Source of the DNA: Antedon mediterranea
Lineage: Eukaryota; Animalia; Echinodermata
Direction: 5' to 3'
DNA: 64,000 bases
Assembly (NCBI RefSeq): GCF_964355755.1
Contig: NC_092680.1
Coordinates: 16,997,045 to 17,061,044 of the forward strand
The position numbers and the translations under genes were made by a program. Every line of letters begins with the position of its first letter. Position 1 is the first letter of the stretch. Below are positions 1 to 30,075 of this stretch, piece after piece. Below the pieces are notes generated by a model that was not told the DNA's origin, did no database searches, and was given only the letters and a program-made list of their open reading frames with translations.

Positions 1-2013
1 TAGAGATACACGCTTGTCACTAAAGCTTGGTTCGCACTAGGACAAAGTACGAAGTATAGAGATACACGCTTGTCACTGAAGCTTGGTTCGCACTAGGACA
101 AAGTACGAAGTATAGAGATACACGCTTGTCACTAAAGCTTGGTTCCTACTAGGACAAAGTACGAAGTATAGAGATACACGCTTGTCACTAAAGCTTGGTT
201 CCTACTAGGACAAAGTACGAAGTATAGAGATACACGCTTGTCACTAAAGCTTGGTTCGCACTAGGACAAAGTACGAAGTATAGAGATACACGCTTGTCAC
301 TAAAGCTTGGTTCCTACTAGGACAAAGTACGAAGTATCGAGATACACGCTTGTCACTAAAGCTTGGTTCCTACTAGGACAAAGTACGAAGTATCGAGATA
401 CACGCTTGTCACTAAAGCTTGGTTCCTACTAGGACAAAGTACGAAGTATAGAGATACACGCTTGTCACTGAAGCTTGGTTCCTACTAGGACAAAGTACGA
501 AGTATCGAGATACACGCTTGTCACTAAAGCTTGGTTCCTACTAGGACAAAGTACGAAGTATAGAGATACACGCTTGTCACTAAAGCTTGGTTCCTACTAG
601 GACAAAGTACGAAGTATAGAGATACACGCTTGTCACTAAAGCTTGGTTCCTACTAGGACAAAGTACGAAGTATAGAGATACACGCTTGTCACTAAAGCTT
701 GGTTCCTACTAGGACAAAGTACGAAGTATAGAGATACACGCTTGTCACTAAAGCTTGGTTCCTACTAGGACAAAGTACGAAGTATCGAGATACACGCTTG
801 TCACTAAAGCTTGGTTCCTACTAGGACAAAGTACGAAGTATAGAGATACACGCTTGTCACTGAAGCTTGGTTCCTACTAGGACAAAGTACGAAGTATAGA
901 GATACACGCTTGTCACTAAAGCTTGGTTCCTACTAGGACAAAGTACGAAGTATCGAGATACACGCTTGTCACTAAAGCTTGGTTCCTACTAGGACAAAGT
1001 ACAAAGTATAGAGATACACGCTTGTCACTAAAGCTTGGTTCCTACTAGGACAAAGTACGAAGTATAGAGATACACGCTTGTCACTGAAGCTTGGTTCCTA
1101 CTAGGACAAAGTACGAAGTATAGAGATACACGCTTGTCACTAAAGCTTGGTTCCTACTAGGACAAAGTACGAAGTATCGAGATACACGCTTGTCACTAAA
1201 GCTTGGTTCCTACTAGGACAAAGTACGAAGTATAGAGATACACGCTTGTCACTAAAGCTTGGTTCCTAATAGGACAAAGTACGAAGTATAGAGATACACG
1301 CTTGTCACTAAAGCTTGGTTCCTACTAGGACAAAGTACGAAGTATCGAGATACACGCTTGTCACTAAAGCTTGGTTCCTACTAGGACAAAGTACGAAGTA
1401 TAGAGATACACGCTTGTCACTAAAGCTTGGTTCCTACTAGGACAAAGTACGAAGTATAGAGATACACGCTTGTCACTAAAGCTTGGTTCCTACTAGGACA
1501 AAGTACGAAGTATAGAGATACACGCTTGTCACTAAAGCTTGGTTCCTACTAGGACAAAGTACGAAGTATAGAGATACACGCTTGTCACTAAAGCTTGGTT
1601 CCTACTAGGACAAAGTACGAAGTATAGAGATACACGCTTGTCACTAAAGCTTGGTTCCTACTAGGACAAAGTACGAAGTATAGAGATACACGCTTGTCAC
1701 TAAAGCTTGGTTCCTACTAGGACAAAGTACGAAGTATAGAGATACACGCTTGTCACTAAAGCTTGGTTCCTACTAGGACAAAGTACAAAGTATAGAGATA
1801 CACGCTTGTCACTAAAGCTTGGTTCCTACTAGGACAAAGTACGAAGTATAGAGATACACGCTTGTCACTGAAGCTTGGTTCCTACTAGGACAAAGTACGA
1901 AGTATCGAGATACACGCTTGTCACTAAAGCTTGGTTCCTACTAGGACAAAGTACGAAGTATAGAGATACACGCTTGTCACTGAAGCTTGGTTCCTACTAG
2001 GACAAAGTACGAA
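1..2013. repeat. 56-bp tandem satellite, ~36 near-identical copies (intronic, continues left of the window)
   Basis: Unit TAGAGATACACGCTTGTCACTAAAGCTTGGTTCCTACTAGGACAAAGTACGAAGTA recurs in register at 1, 841 and 1681. Confidence 0.97.
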
Positions 2014-2123
2014 AGCGCAACGAAAGCGGGTTGACCAATAATGTTACAGTTTGGATAATCCATCACTTGTGATTGGTCAAATTACGTTTGTCTTTGAGTT
2101 GCATCCTAGTAGAAACTAATCTT
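1983..2123. mobile_element. Short MITE (PIF/Harbinger-like) at the end of the 56-bp array
   Basis: AAGCTTGGTTCCTACTAGGA ... TCCTAGTAGAAACTAATCTT terminal inverted repeats; internal TTGACCAAT/ATTGGTCAA symmetry. Confidence 0.65.
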
Positions 2124-2171
2124 AACTAAGGTTGAAAACTAATAAACTGCAGTTAGCACCAGTTGAGTCTA

Positions 2172-2304
2172 AAGCTCTGTTTACACTATTAATTTAGTAT
2201 GACAAAAAAAAATGTGATATGATGGTAGTGATATGATGTCATCGTGTCCATATATGGGCACATCACATTTTGTTGTCAAAGTTTAAAAGTGTAGAGAGAG
2301 AGCT
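2172..2304. mobile_element. MITE family A, copy 1
   Basis: AAGCTCTGT(C)TACACT...AGTGTAGA(C)AGAGCTT TIRs; internal ATGGTAGTGATATG and GGGCACATCACATTTT. Confidence 0.8.
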
Positions 2305-2402
2305 TCAGCCTTTTCAGGACTTGGCTGCCTCATAGCCTACTGAAGAATAGAACTGGCAGGCATGAACAAAAACCAAAGACTACATTTTTGTTTTATTTAT
2401 AG

Positions 2403-19986
<17,584 letters not shown>

Positions 19987-20437
19987 ACGATTACCAAGGT
20001 AACAATTGTTACATTGTCCAGTTATGGTAAAAACACTTGTTGTCAAAGCCAATGCAGTTGCTATAATTGTATGAAGTTAATTCTCTGTGGTTACATTGTA
20101 ATAGTAAACAAATTGTGTTACTATAGTAACATAATATTGTTCCATAGCAACATTGTACATCAAAGCAAGAATATTGTTACTATGGTGATATACTGGAGCT
20201 GCAGTTCCATGATTCTATACTAGAAAATAAAACGTCTCAGCTCCGAGGAAGCTAGCATAAGCTACACCAAAATATAGTCATGATCAGAAGGTGACCATGC
20301 TGAAATTAAATAAAGAAATATCTTTAGATGATGACAATGTATAGATCATGGTGAACCCTTTTGAAATACTAGAATGTAAATGATTAAAAACTTGAATCAC
20401 AAAAAATCATACAATACTTGAAATGAATTGCAAGGCA

Positions 20438-21402
20438 TATTGGTTCACATCATCGTGCTGGTTCACACCACTGTGTTGGTTCACATCATCGTGTTGGTTC
20501 ACACCACTGTGTTGGTTCACACTGCCGTGTTGGTTGACAACACCATGCTGGTTCACACCGTCGTGTTGGTTCACATCATCGTGTTGGTTCACACCACTGT
20601 GTTGGTTCACACTGCCGTGTTGTTTCACAACACCATGCTGGTTCACATCGCTGTGTTGGTTCACACCATCGTGCTGGTTCACACCACTGTGTTGGTTCAC
20701 ACTGCCGTGTTGGTTGACAACACCATGCTGGTTCACATCACCGCATTGGTTCACACCGCCGTGCTGGTTCACACCACTGTGTTGGTTCACATCATCGTGT
20801 TGGTTCACACCACTGTGTTGGTTCACACCGCCGTGTTGGTTCACATCATCGTGTTGGTTCACACCACTGTGTTGGTTCACACCACTTTATTGGTTCACAC
20901 TGCCGTGTTGTTTCACAACACCATGCTGGTTCACATCGCCGTGTTGGTTCACATCATCGTGTTGGTTCACACCACCGTGCTGGTTCACACCACTGTGTTG
21001 GTTCACATCGCCGTGTTGGTTCACATCATCGTGTTGGTTCACACCACCGTGCTGGTTCACACCACTGTGTTGGTTCACACTGCCGTGTTGGTTGACAACA
21101 CCAAGCTGGTTCACATCACCGCATTGGTGCACACCGCCGTGCTAGTTCACACCACCGTGTTGGCTCACACCACTGTGTTGGTTCACACCACTGTGTTGGT
21201 TCACACCACTGTGTTGGTTCACAACACCATGCTGGTTCACATCACCGCGTTGGTTCACACCGCCATGCTGGTTCACACCACCGTGTTGTTTCAAACCACC
21301 GTGTTGGTTCACACCGCCATGCTGGTTCACACCACTGTGTTGGTTCACAACACCATGCTGGTTCACATCACCGTGTTGGTTCATATCACCGTGTTGGTTC
21401 AT
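20438..21402. repeat. 18-bp minisatellite, ~53 copies, ~450 bp after the CHD1 stop
   Basis: Unit GTGTTGGTTCACACCACT/ATCATC with patterned variants. Confidence 0.95.
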
Positions 21403-24400
21403 CCTGTAATTCTAAAATCTATATTGCCTTGTGCTTGTCAATTTTATTTGTAAACTAAATGTTGTTTTATTTATGTGTGTGTTTTTTATTGATTCGCACA
21501 TAGTTATGGCTTCTGATTGTCAGCAATATAACAAATGGATTGTTATTAATTTTTCTATGAAAACAAAAATGTTAATATATAAAAAAGGGTGTGCACTACA
21601 CCTAGTTAAATAATCATGCTATTCAAATTTGTAATCATGAACTTAATTGATGAAATTAGCATTGTAAAAACAATGCATAAGGCTGCTTTCACACTAGGAA
21701 AATGTTTGCAACCTTTACATATATGCTGTTCACACTTGGAAAATGTTTGAGAACTTACATACAGTATGCTGTTTGAAGTCAATCCACATGCAGCAATATG
21801 TCAGGCATGTCGAATTGGGTGTGGTCAGTCATATTATGTTTTCAGGAAAGTTTCACTTCATTTTTTATGCTACAACTTGTTTTGTGTCTGCAAAATAATT
21901 CACCTATTTTAAAGCCAGCATCAGGTGGTATTTTACCGTAAAAATTAATTATATTAGATTATGCATTTTCCACACAGTATAGTTCTATAATCTCAAAAAT
22001 ATGGTTTCCAACCGCATTTTAAATAAGAGGAAATAATTTTAACTTAATTTATTACCTGTGAATTCTGGCTATCTTTGCCAACAGTTAACAGCGGTATTCA
22101 AATATTAAGCTTTCATTTTGTGTCCTTTTCCCATCAGCACTAGTGAATAAGTTATCAAGTGAATACAAAGAAAGTATATTTTTGTTAATCGATATATTTA
22201 TTGCTTGTTAACAATCATTGCCAAACCATTTTCATGATCATGATAAATTCCAAAAAAAACATATATAATAATAAAAATATGTAAAAATATATTTTGCATT
22301 GAGATACAGCCACTGATACCCACAGCATTGTCATTTTTTCAGTAATTTGCCTTTAGATATATATAATAATATAAATATTTTGTCAGGTCAATCTGAATAA
22401 AAATGTATTGTTTATCAGGTCACTGGTTTCACAGTGCAAGTCCTATTGATTTCTGCTCATAATTAGGTTTATATATCATTTTAAATATAGTGTATATTTT
22501 GCATACCTGCAATAACAAACTCCACCTGAATAGAATTTATATCTTATTATTGTAAATGAGATGTTATTGAAATGTGTATGATTGAATGTTGTAATCATGA
22601 AAACATGTGAGCAAATGTACACAGTGCTGGAAGACAGTGTCATATAAAGAACCTCTACAAAATGAGCATCTCTAATTCTCTCTCTTTAAAAAATTCTGGA
22701 GCTGAGCATGTCTTTTAGTTTATAAATAGAATCATTAATATTTTGTTATGATAAAATAATAATAATGTAATTAATTATCAATTTGTATTGTCACTTAATA
22801 AATATTATTTTTATTTGTCATGGTGCTTGTTAAAATGACATTTTTGTAATAGTTATTTTTGTTTTGCATTTCCTTTTAATCCTAGATGTAAACCTCTCAC
22901 TGTCTTCCATGTATCTTCCAATATCTACATTTGATAATGTCAAAGAAAATTGATTGAAACAATAGATATGAACATTCTCATACAGTAGTATTCATATCAT
23001 AATTAATCTATATTATTGTAAATTATAAATTTGTATTCCAACTTTAAAATAAAACAATTTATGTAATTGAATTGATATCTGAATATCCAGTTAAGGACCA
23101 GAATATATACCTTTAATGAATCTTAACAGACAAACTTGACAGTCCAGGAGTAGGCAAATGAAATACTGTTATTGTACAATAATATAATTTGGAGGTTATT
23201 ACATTCATCCCAACAACTACTTCAGATTGTTAAATGTAGCTTTTCATCATGTTGTTTGAATTTACTATATTATTATTTGCAGCATTTAATTAGATTGAAT
23301 ATTTTATTTTTTATTGAAATCTATTGTACACCAATATTGTTTGTTTAATTTTAATTGCATTTCTTTTATTGTGTATGGAATTGGAATCATGAGAGGATTT
23401 AATTATTTTGTTTATGAATTATATTTTCTGGACTAAAAGAACTGAGATTAATATTATTAAATAATATTTAATAATAATATTTAATTATTATTATTAAATA
23501 ATAATCACATTTAAAGATGTGTTGTCCCCCAAATGACACAAACTTTGAATAAGCCATTTCACAGTTTTTATAAAGTTGATGACTTCAGTAGAACAAAGAA
23601 ATTCAAAACGGTAATGTTTTCTCTAAAAAGACAACTAAATGGTTAAATTCAACCAATACCACATTGCTTTGAATTAGTGTTTCAGGTAAATCATTTTTTT
23701 TTTTCAATCCAATTTTTTGGTCAAAATGAATGTTATGTTATGTGACATTAAAATAGCACATTCATCTTTTAAAAAACTTTTTCAGGGGACAATATATCTT
23801 TAGTTGTAGTAGAAGTTTATACCATTATTGTGGGAAAATGAATGTGTGTAACCCAAAGACTAAACTGTTTAAAAGTTTGTTTTTTTACATCTTTATTTTT
23901 AAGGACAATATTGTTTAACATTGATAGTATAAAACTTGCTCCAACTTCCCTCTAATTATTTGGAGTAAGTACTGTGCTCAGTAATTAACCAGCATTTTCA
24001 CCTTTGACATCATGTTGTTCTTTGGGATAATTCTGAGAACCTAGACTTATTCCAATTTTATTTGTTACCTATTTGTAAAGAGAACAATTGTTCAAATCTA
24101 ACATTGAATGTTGCAATGTATCATCATTTATGAAATGAATCGTGAAAATAATTAAAAGTAAAACGCTTTTTAACTTAAATATGAGAAATATATTTAATAT
24201 GTAATGAGGTATAAAAAGTTATTTATTTGGAATAATTTTACTTCTCTTCCAACTGTAGTAAAATATTCAAATCATGTGCTATTGACTAAAACATTGGTAA
24301 TAGTGGGGTTTGCTGTTTTATTTTTATCAATTTGTGTTAAAATGTAAAGTTTGGTGTTTATGTAAATATGTGTCTGAAGAGATTTCTTTTGTATGGATGT

Positions 24401-25019
24401 ATCTTGAAGTCAGAATCCAGATTCTGACTAAATTACACTCTACTTTGTATCTGCATGTTAATGCCCCTTTTTGTATAAACCTTATTCCTGTCACAAAGCT
24501 AGCCGATCAAGAAGGTTACATTACAAACAAATAATTGTGTTGTTTATGAATGTTGTGTACTATTAATTCAAGTCATGCCTAATCAAGTGCTGACTCAAAT
24601 TTGTGTTTGGAAGAGAATCATGCTTCTAATTCAACTAGTGGGTTCTAACATAAATATTAAAACATTAAATATTGTCTTAATAAACATTCATGAATTAAAT
24701 ATGCTCCAATAAGTTATCTAATCAATTATTGGTTTATGTTTCCCGATTAAATATGGCTAATTGGCATTTTAGATTTTTTTTTAAATGAATTAAAACATTT
24801 GTAAAATGTTTCAATGCAGAATGTTCTTATTACATTTGTTTAGATTTCGGTATTGTTTTCCAAGGGGATAGATTGCAACACAAAATACTGTAATTGTATA
24901 ATACTTGTGTGTTTTTCTTTTGTTGTTTCAATGTGTCCAGCAACAATGTTGGCACTTCTGTACAATAGTCTGTACATTTACGCAGTGAAAATAAAAGGCA
25001 ACATTTGTAAGAGAAATAC

Positions 25020-28000
25020 TTTTTTTCTGATAGTACAGGGATTTTTTTATATATATATAATAGTTTTGGACATGCGCAGAACACATTATTTTACTCTGCA
25101 CATATTAATTATGATATAGTAACCAGTTATGTCAAAAAATATAAGGGTCGAAAATGTGCTATTTTTCGAAAATTATTTTTTCAAAAAATTCCAACGTTAC
25201 TTTTTTTTCATATAATTGGTTACTATAGCATAATTTACATGCGCAGAACGCGTTATTTGACCATGAGCATGTTAATTATTATAGTAACCAGTTATGTAAC
25301 AAATATCAGAGTCGAAAATTTGCTATTTCTCGAACATTTTTCTGTACTAATAGTACAGGGATTTGTTCAAAAAATGCCAAATTCCGACCTTGCTATTTTT
25401 CGATATAACTGGTTACTATAGCATAATTGACATGCGTAGAACATCATTATTTTACTCGGTGCATGTTAATTATGATATAGTACCCAGTTATGTCAAAAAA
25501 TATAAGGGTAAAAAATGTGCTATTTTTCGAAAATTTCCCCGTACTTAATAGTACAGGGATTTTTTCAAAAACTTGCCAAGTTCCAACCTTACTATTTTTC
25601 GATATTACTGGTTACTATAGCATAATTGACATTCGCAGAACATATTATTTTACTCTGCGCATGTTAATTTACCTCCGCCAAGGAGGTATATGTAATCGGT
25701 AGCGTGTGTTTGTTTGTTTGTTTGTTTGTTAGCAGGATTACTCAAAAAGTAATCACAAGATCTTTACCAAAATGAATAGACTGATAGATATGTGGTCAAG
25801 GACCATTCCATTACATTTTGGGACCACAGTCCCAATTCTGGACCACTTTTTAGTATACTTTTTCAGACCTGCTAGTGTTAAAAGATAGGACAGAATTTTT
25901 CAAAAGCCGGCGAGCAGTCTTAAAGTAACAAGTAAACTGAAATTGCATTTTCTCGAGAACTACTTGTCCAAAAAACTTCATTTTTTAACAAGAGGCAAGA
26001 GTTATAATTTGTGATTTGTAATTTTAAAACATAATTTGGTTTAATGTGCATGTTTTTTGATGCGAGTAGTTTAAAAAACCTATTTCTTTTCAAATTCACT
26101 CGTTTGATTTTCGCGTTGCTGTTCTATTGTTAGTCAACTGAAGCTATTGTTAATTGAAAGGCTTGTTACATAACCATTACACCAAACTCGCATACACATG
26201 CTTGTAATGAAATTAGCCTAAATCACAAACAGCATTAAGACTAAAAATATATATTTTTTTTTTTACCGGAGAAATCTTATGTAGGAGAATTTTACAGTAG
26301 AATGCACTCTCGGAGTGGCTTTCTAGTTATGATATAGTAACCAGTTATGTCAAGAAATATAAGGGTAAAAAATGTGCTATTTTTCGAAAATTTCCCCGTA
26401 CTTAATAGTACAGGGATTTTTTCAAAAACTTGCCAAGTTCCAACCTTACTATTTTTCGATATTACTGGTTACTATAGCATAATTGACATGCACAGAACAT
26501 ATTATTTTACTCTGCGCATGTTAATTTTTCATATAGTAATCAGTTATGTAAAAAAATATAAGGATACAAAATGTGCTATTTTTCGAAAATTTCCCTGTAC
26601 TATAGTAAGGAAAATTTTCGAAAAATGGCAAATTTTCGACCTTTTTAATTTTTGACATAAATGGTTACTATAGCATAATCAACATGCGCAGAGTCGAATA
26701 ATGGGTTCTGCGCATTTTAATTGTGCTATAGTAACCAGTTTTATCGAAAAATAAAAAGGTCGAAAATTTGTCATTTTTTGAAAAAATCCCTCTACTATAT
26801 AGTAAGGGAAATTTTCGAAAAATGGCCAATTTTCGACCCTTAAATTTTTTGACATAAATGGTTACTCTAGCATAATAAACATGCGCAAAGTCGAATAATG
26901 GGTTCTGCGCATGTCAATTGTGCTATAGTAACCAGTTTTATCGAAAAATAAAAGGGTCGAAAATTTGTCATTTTTTGAAAAAATCCCTGTACTATAGTAA
27001 GGGAAATTTTCGAAAAATGGCCAATTTTCGACCCTTTATTTTTTGACATAAATGGTTACTCTAGCATAATAAACATGCGCAGAGTCGAATAATGGGTTCT
27101 GCGCATGTCAATTGTGCTATAGTAACCAGTTTTATCGAAAAATAAAAGGGTCGAAAATTTGTAATTTTTTGAAAAAATCCCTGTACTATAGTAAGGGAAA
27201 TTTTCGAAAAATTGCCAATTTTCGACCCTTTTATTTTTGACATAAATGGTTACTATAGCATAATAAACATGCGCAGAGTCGAATAATGGGTTCTGCGCAT
27301 GTCAATTGTGCTATAGTAACCAGTTTTATCGAAAAATAAAAGGGTCGAAAATTGGTCATTTTTTGAAAAAATCCTTGTAGGCCTACTATAGTAAGGGAAA
27401 TTTTCGAAAAATGGCCAATTTTTTACCTTTTTATTTTTTGACATAAATGGTTACTATAGCATAATAAACATGCGCAGAATCGAATAATGGGTTCTGCGCA
27501 TGTCAATTGTGCTATAGTAACCACTTTTGACATAAATGGTTACTATAGCATAATAAACATGCGGAGTCGAAAAATAAAAAGGTCGAAAATTGGCCATTTT
27601 TCGAAAAACTCCTTGTACTATAGTATAGGGATTTTTTAGAAAAATGGCAAAAATTTCAAGTTTTTAAAATTCTAGTATTATGCGTTTTTATTGCTGTATA
27701 TGATCATATATTGCTTTATAACCCAGTTATGCAGAAAAATAAAAGGTCGAAAATTGGCCATTTTTCGACAAAATATGGCCAAAATTTCAAGTTTTTAAAA
27801 TTCAATTATTGTGCGTTTATATTGCTGTATATGATCATATATTGCTTTATGATTATCTTATAGTTCCATAGAACCCAATTATGTCGGAAAAACAAGGTCG
27901 AAAAATGGCAATTTTTCGAAAAAATCCCTGTGCTATATATAGTTCAGGGATTTTTTCAAAATATGGCCAAAATTTCAAGTTTTTAAAATTCAATTATTGT

Positions 28001-28130
28001 GCGTTTATATTGCTGTATATGATCATATATTGCTTTATGATTATCTTATAGTACCATAGAACCCAATTATGTCGAAAAATAAAAAGGTCGAAAATTTGCT
28101 ATTTTTCGAAAAAAAACCTGTACTAATCGT
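25020..28130. repeat. ~195-bp palindrome-rich satellite, left block
   Basis: GGTTACTATAGCATAAT..ACATGCGCAGA...TCTGCGCATG..AATT.TG.TATAGTAACC hairpin units plus CGAAAAATGGCCAATTTTCG; period ~192-195 bp. Confidence 0.9.
25669..26328 (+). mobile_element. Helentron-associated non-autonomous element (HINE/DINE-1-like) inserted in the satellite
   Basis: 5' TTACCTCCGCCAAGGAGGTA hairpin, (GTTT)n microsatellite, 3' CACTCTCGGAGTG stem then CTAGTT; inserted at TT of ATGTTAATT|ATGATATAG. Confidence 0.8.
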
Positions 28131-28134
28131 TGAA

Positions 28135-30075
28135 TCCAGCGCGAATCATTGTTAGGCATGCTATAATACAAAACGTTTAAACCATATCATTACGTACTTC
28201 GACGCCTAATGGCAGCGCGCGTCAATGTTTTTAAGCATTCAGTTCACCTAAACCGAGAGAGAACACTACCCGTTCCCTCTTCTTGTATACGATATGTTCG
28301 TAATCTAATCTAGATGATACTTCTTACTGTATTGGTATTACAATTTCTAAGCATACTTTTGGAATGTTTCTGATTGTTCTTATAATAATTATACATGGTT
28401 TCTTAAAATCTAAACACATTCTAGACTGTTTATGTAGATGTTACTGTATATTATGTTAGGAAATGGTAATTTATGACGATGTCAAACATCTTCAATACCG
28501 AGTGGCAAAGGCGCGCATATAGGCGCAGTATAATATCTAACTTGCCGTTTAACACAATAGCATTCGTATTGATTTAGACTTGATACCATACGATGGCAAA
28601 CGTTGACGATGTCAAACCTCTTCAATACCGATACAGCTGGCAAAGGCGCGCATATAGGCGCGGTATAATACCTAACTTGCCGTTTAAGACAATTGCATTC
28701 GTTCGATGTATGAAATGACCGTAAACTTTTTATGACAAACCTGTTCTTCAAGTCCCCAGCACCAAGGACAGTGCGTGTCTTATTGTAAAATCATTCAACA
28801 TGGTCATCTAGCATTCGTTCGATAATTCTTTAGAAAATAAACCCAAAATCTTTACTTCGACGCCTAATGACAGCGTGCGTCAATGTTTTCAGTTTACAAC
28901 CAAAGAGAGAACAGCGTCGTCTTACAATCACAATGCGTGTTCAAAATACCGGGATCATACAAAATGCAAGACAGAGAAATAAAAAAAATACATATTTAAA
29001 ACTGCACATATTATTTATTTTCAAATACCATATTCATTCAATCCAAGGATATAACAGCGCGAATCATTGTTCGGCATGCTATAACACAAACGTTTAAACA
29101 ATAATCATTACTTCGACGCCTAATGACAGCGCGCGTCAATGTTTTTAAGCATTCAGTTCACCTAAACCGAGAGAGAACACTACCCGTTCCCTCTTCTTGT
29201 ATACGATATGTTCGTAATCTTCTAGATAATACTTCTTACTCTATTGGTATTACAATTTCTAAGCATACTTTTGGAATGTTTCTGATTGTTCTTATAATAA
29301 TGTTTTCACTCTAGAATGTTCATGTAGATGTTACTGTATTATGTTAGGGAATGGTAATTTATTACATCCATTGCCTATACCGTTTTGACTCATGATAATC
29401 TTGTAACGAAGGAGGGTGAGTGGAAATTGGTTTAGACTTGATACCAAGGTACATACGATGGCAATTCGTCGCGTGCTGTACACTGAGAAAACGAAATAAA
29501 ATCTTTTTTAACTTCGTGAAGAAGTCAAAGCCTTTGATTGTGTTTACTTCAATGGGTATTCGTTCGATGTACATAATGCATTGGGACATTGAATATTTAT
29601 GAAAAACTCATCTTCAAGACCTCCCTCGATACAGCTGGAAAGGCGCGCAACGTGGACGGGGTATTTAACACAATTCATTCGATGTATGTAATGACATTAA
29701 ACATTTATGAAAAACTCATCTTCAAGACCCCCCCCCCCCCCAACCCTAATGCAATAAAAACCAGGTAGAGACATGGAAGGTTTACTTCGACGCCAATGAC
29801 TGCGCGCGTCAATGTTTTCAGTTTACAACCAAAGAGAGAACAGCGTCGTCTTACAATCACAATGGGTGTTCAAAACACCGGGGTCATACAAAATGCAAGA
29901 CAGAGAAATAAAAAAAATATATATTTAAAACTGCACATATTATTTATTTTCAAATACCATATTCATTCAATCCAAGGATATAACAGCGCGAATCATTGTT
30001 AGGCATGCTATAACACAAACGTTTAAACAATAATCATTACTTGGACGCCAAATGACAGCGTCAATGTTTTTAAGA
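28135..30075. repeat. ~920-bp complex tandem repeat (~2.1 copies) with a recurring TACTTCGACGCCTAATGACAGCGCGCGTCAATGTTTT module
   Basis: CAGCGCGAATCATTGTT.GGCATGCTATAA recurs at ~28137, ~29055 and ~29984; the module also occurs at ~28853 and ~29783. Confidence 0.82.

Noticed and set aside
1-2013. CRISPR-like regular repeat
   Set aside because: No unique spacers; head-to-tail satellite in a eukaryotic intron; no cas genes
20407-21453. 341-aa and 240-aa repetitive ORFs (VLVHTT, CWFTP, VNQHG)
   Set aside because: Translation of the 18-bp minisatellite in several frames; no independent gene structure
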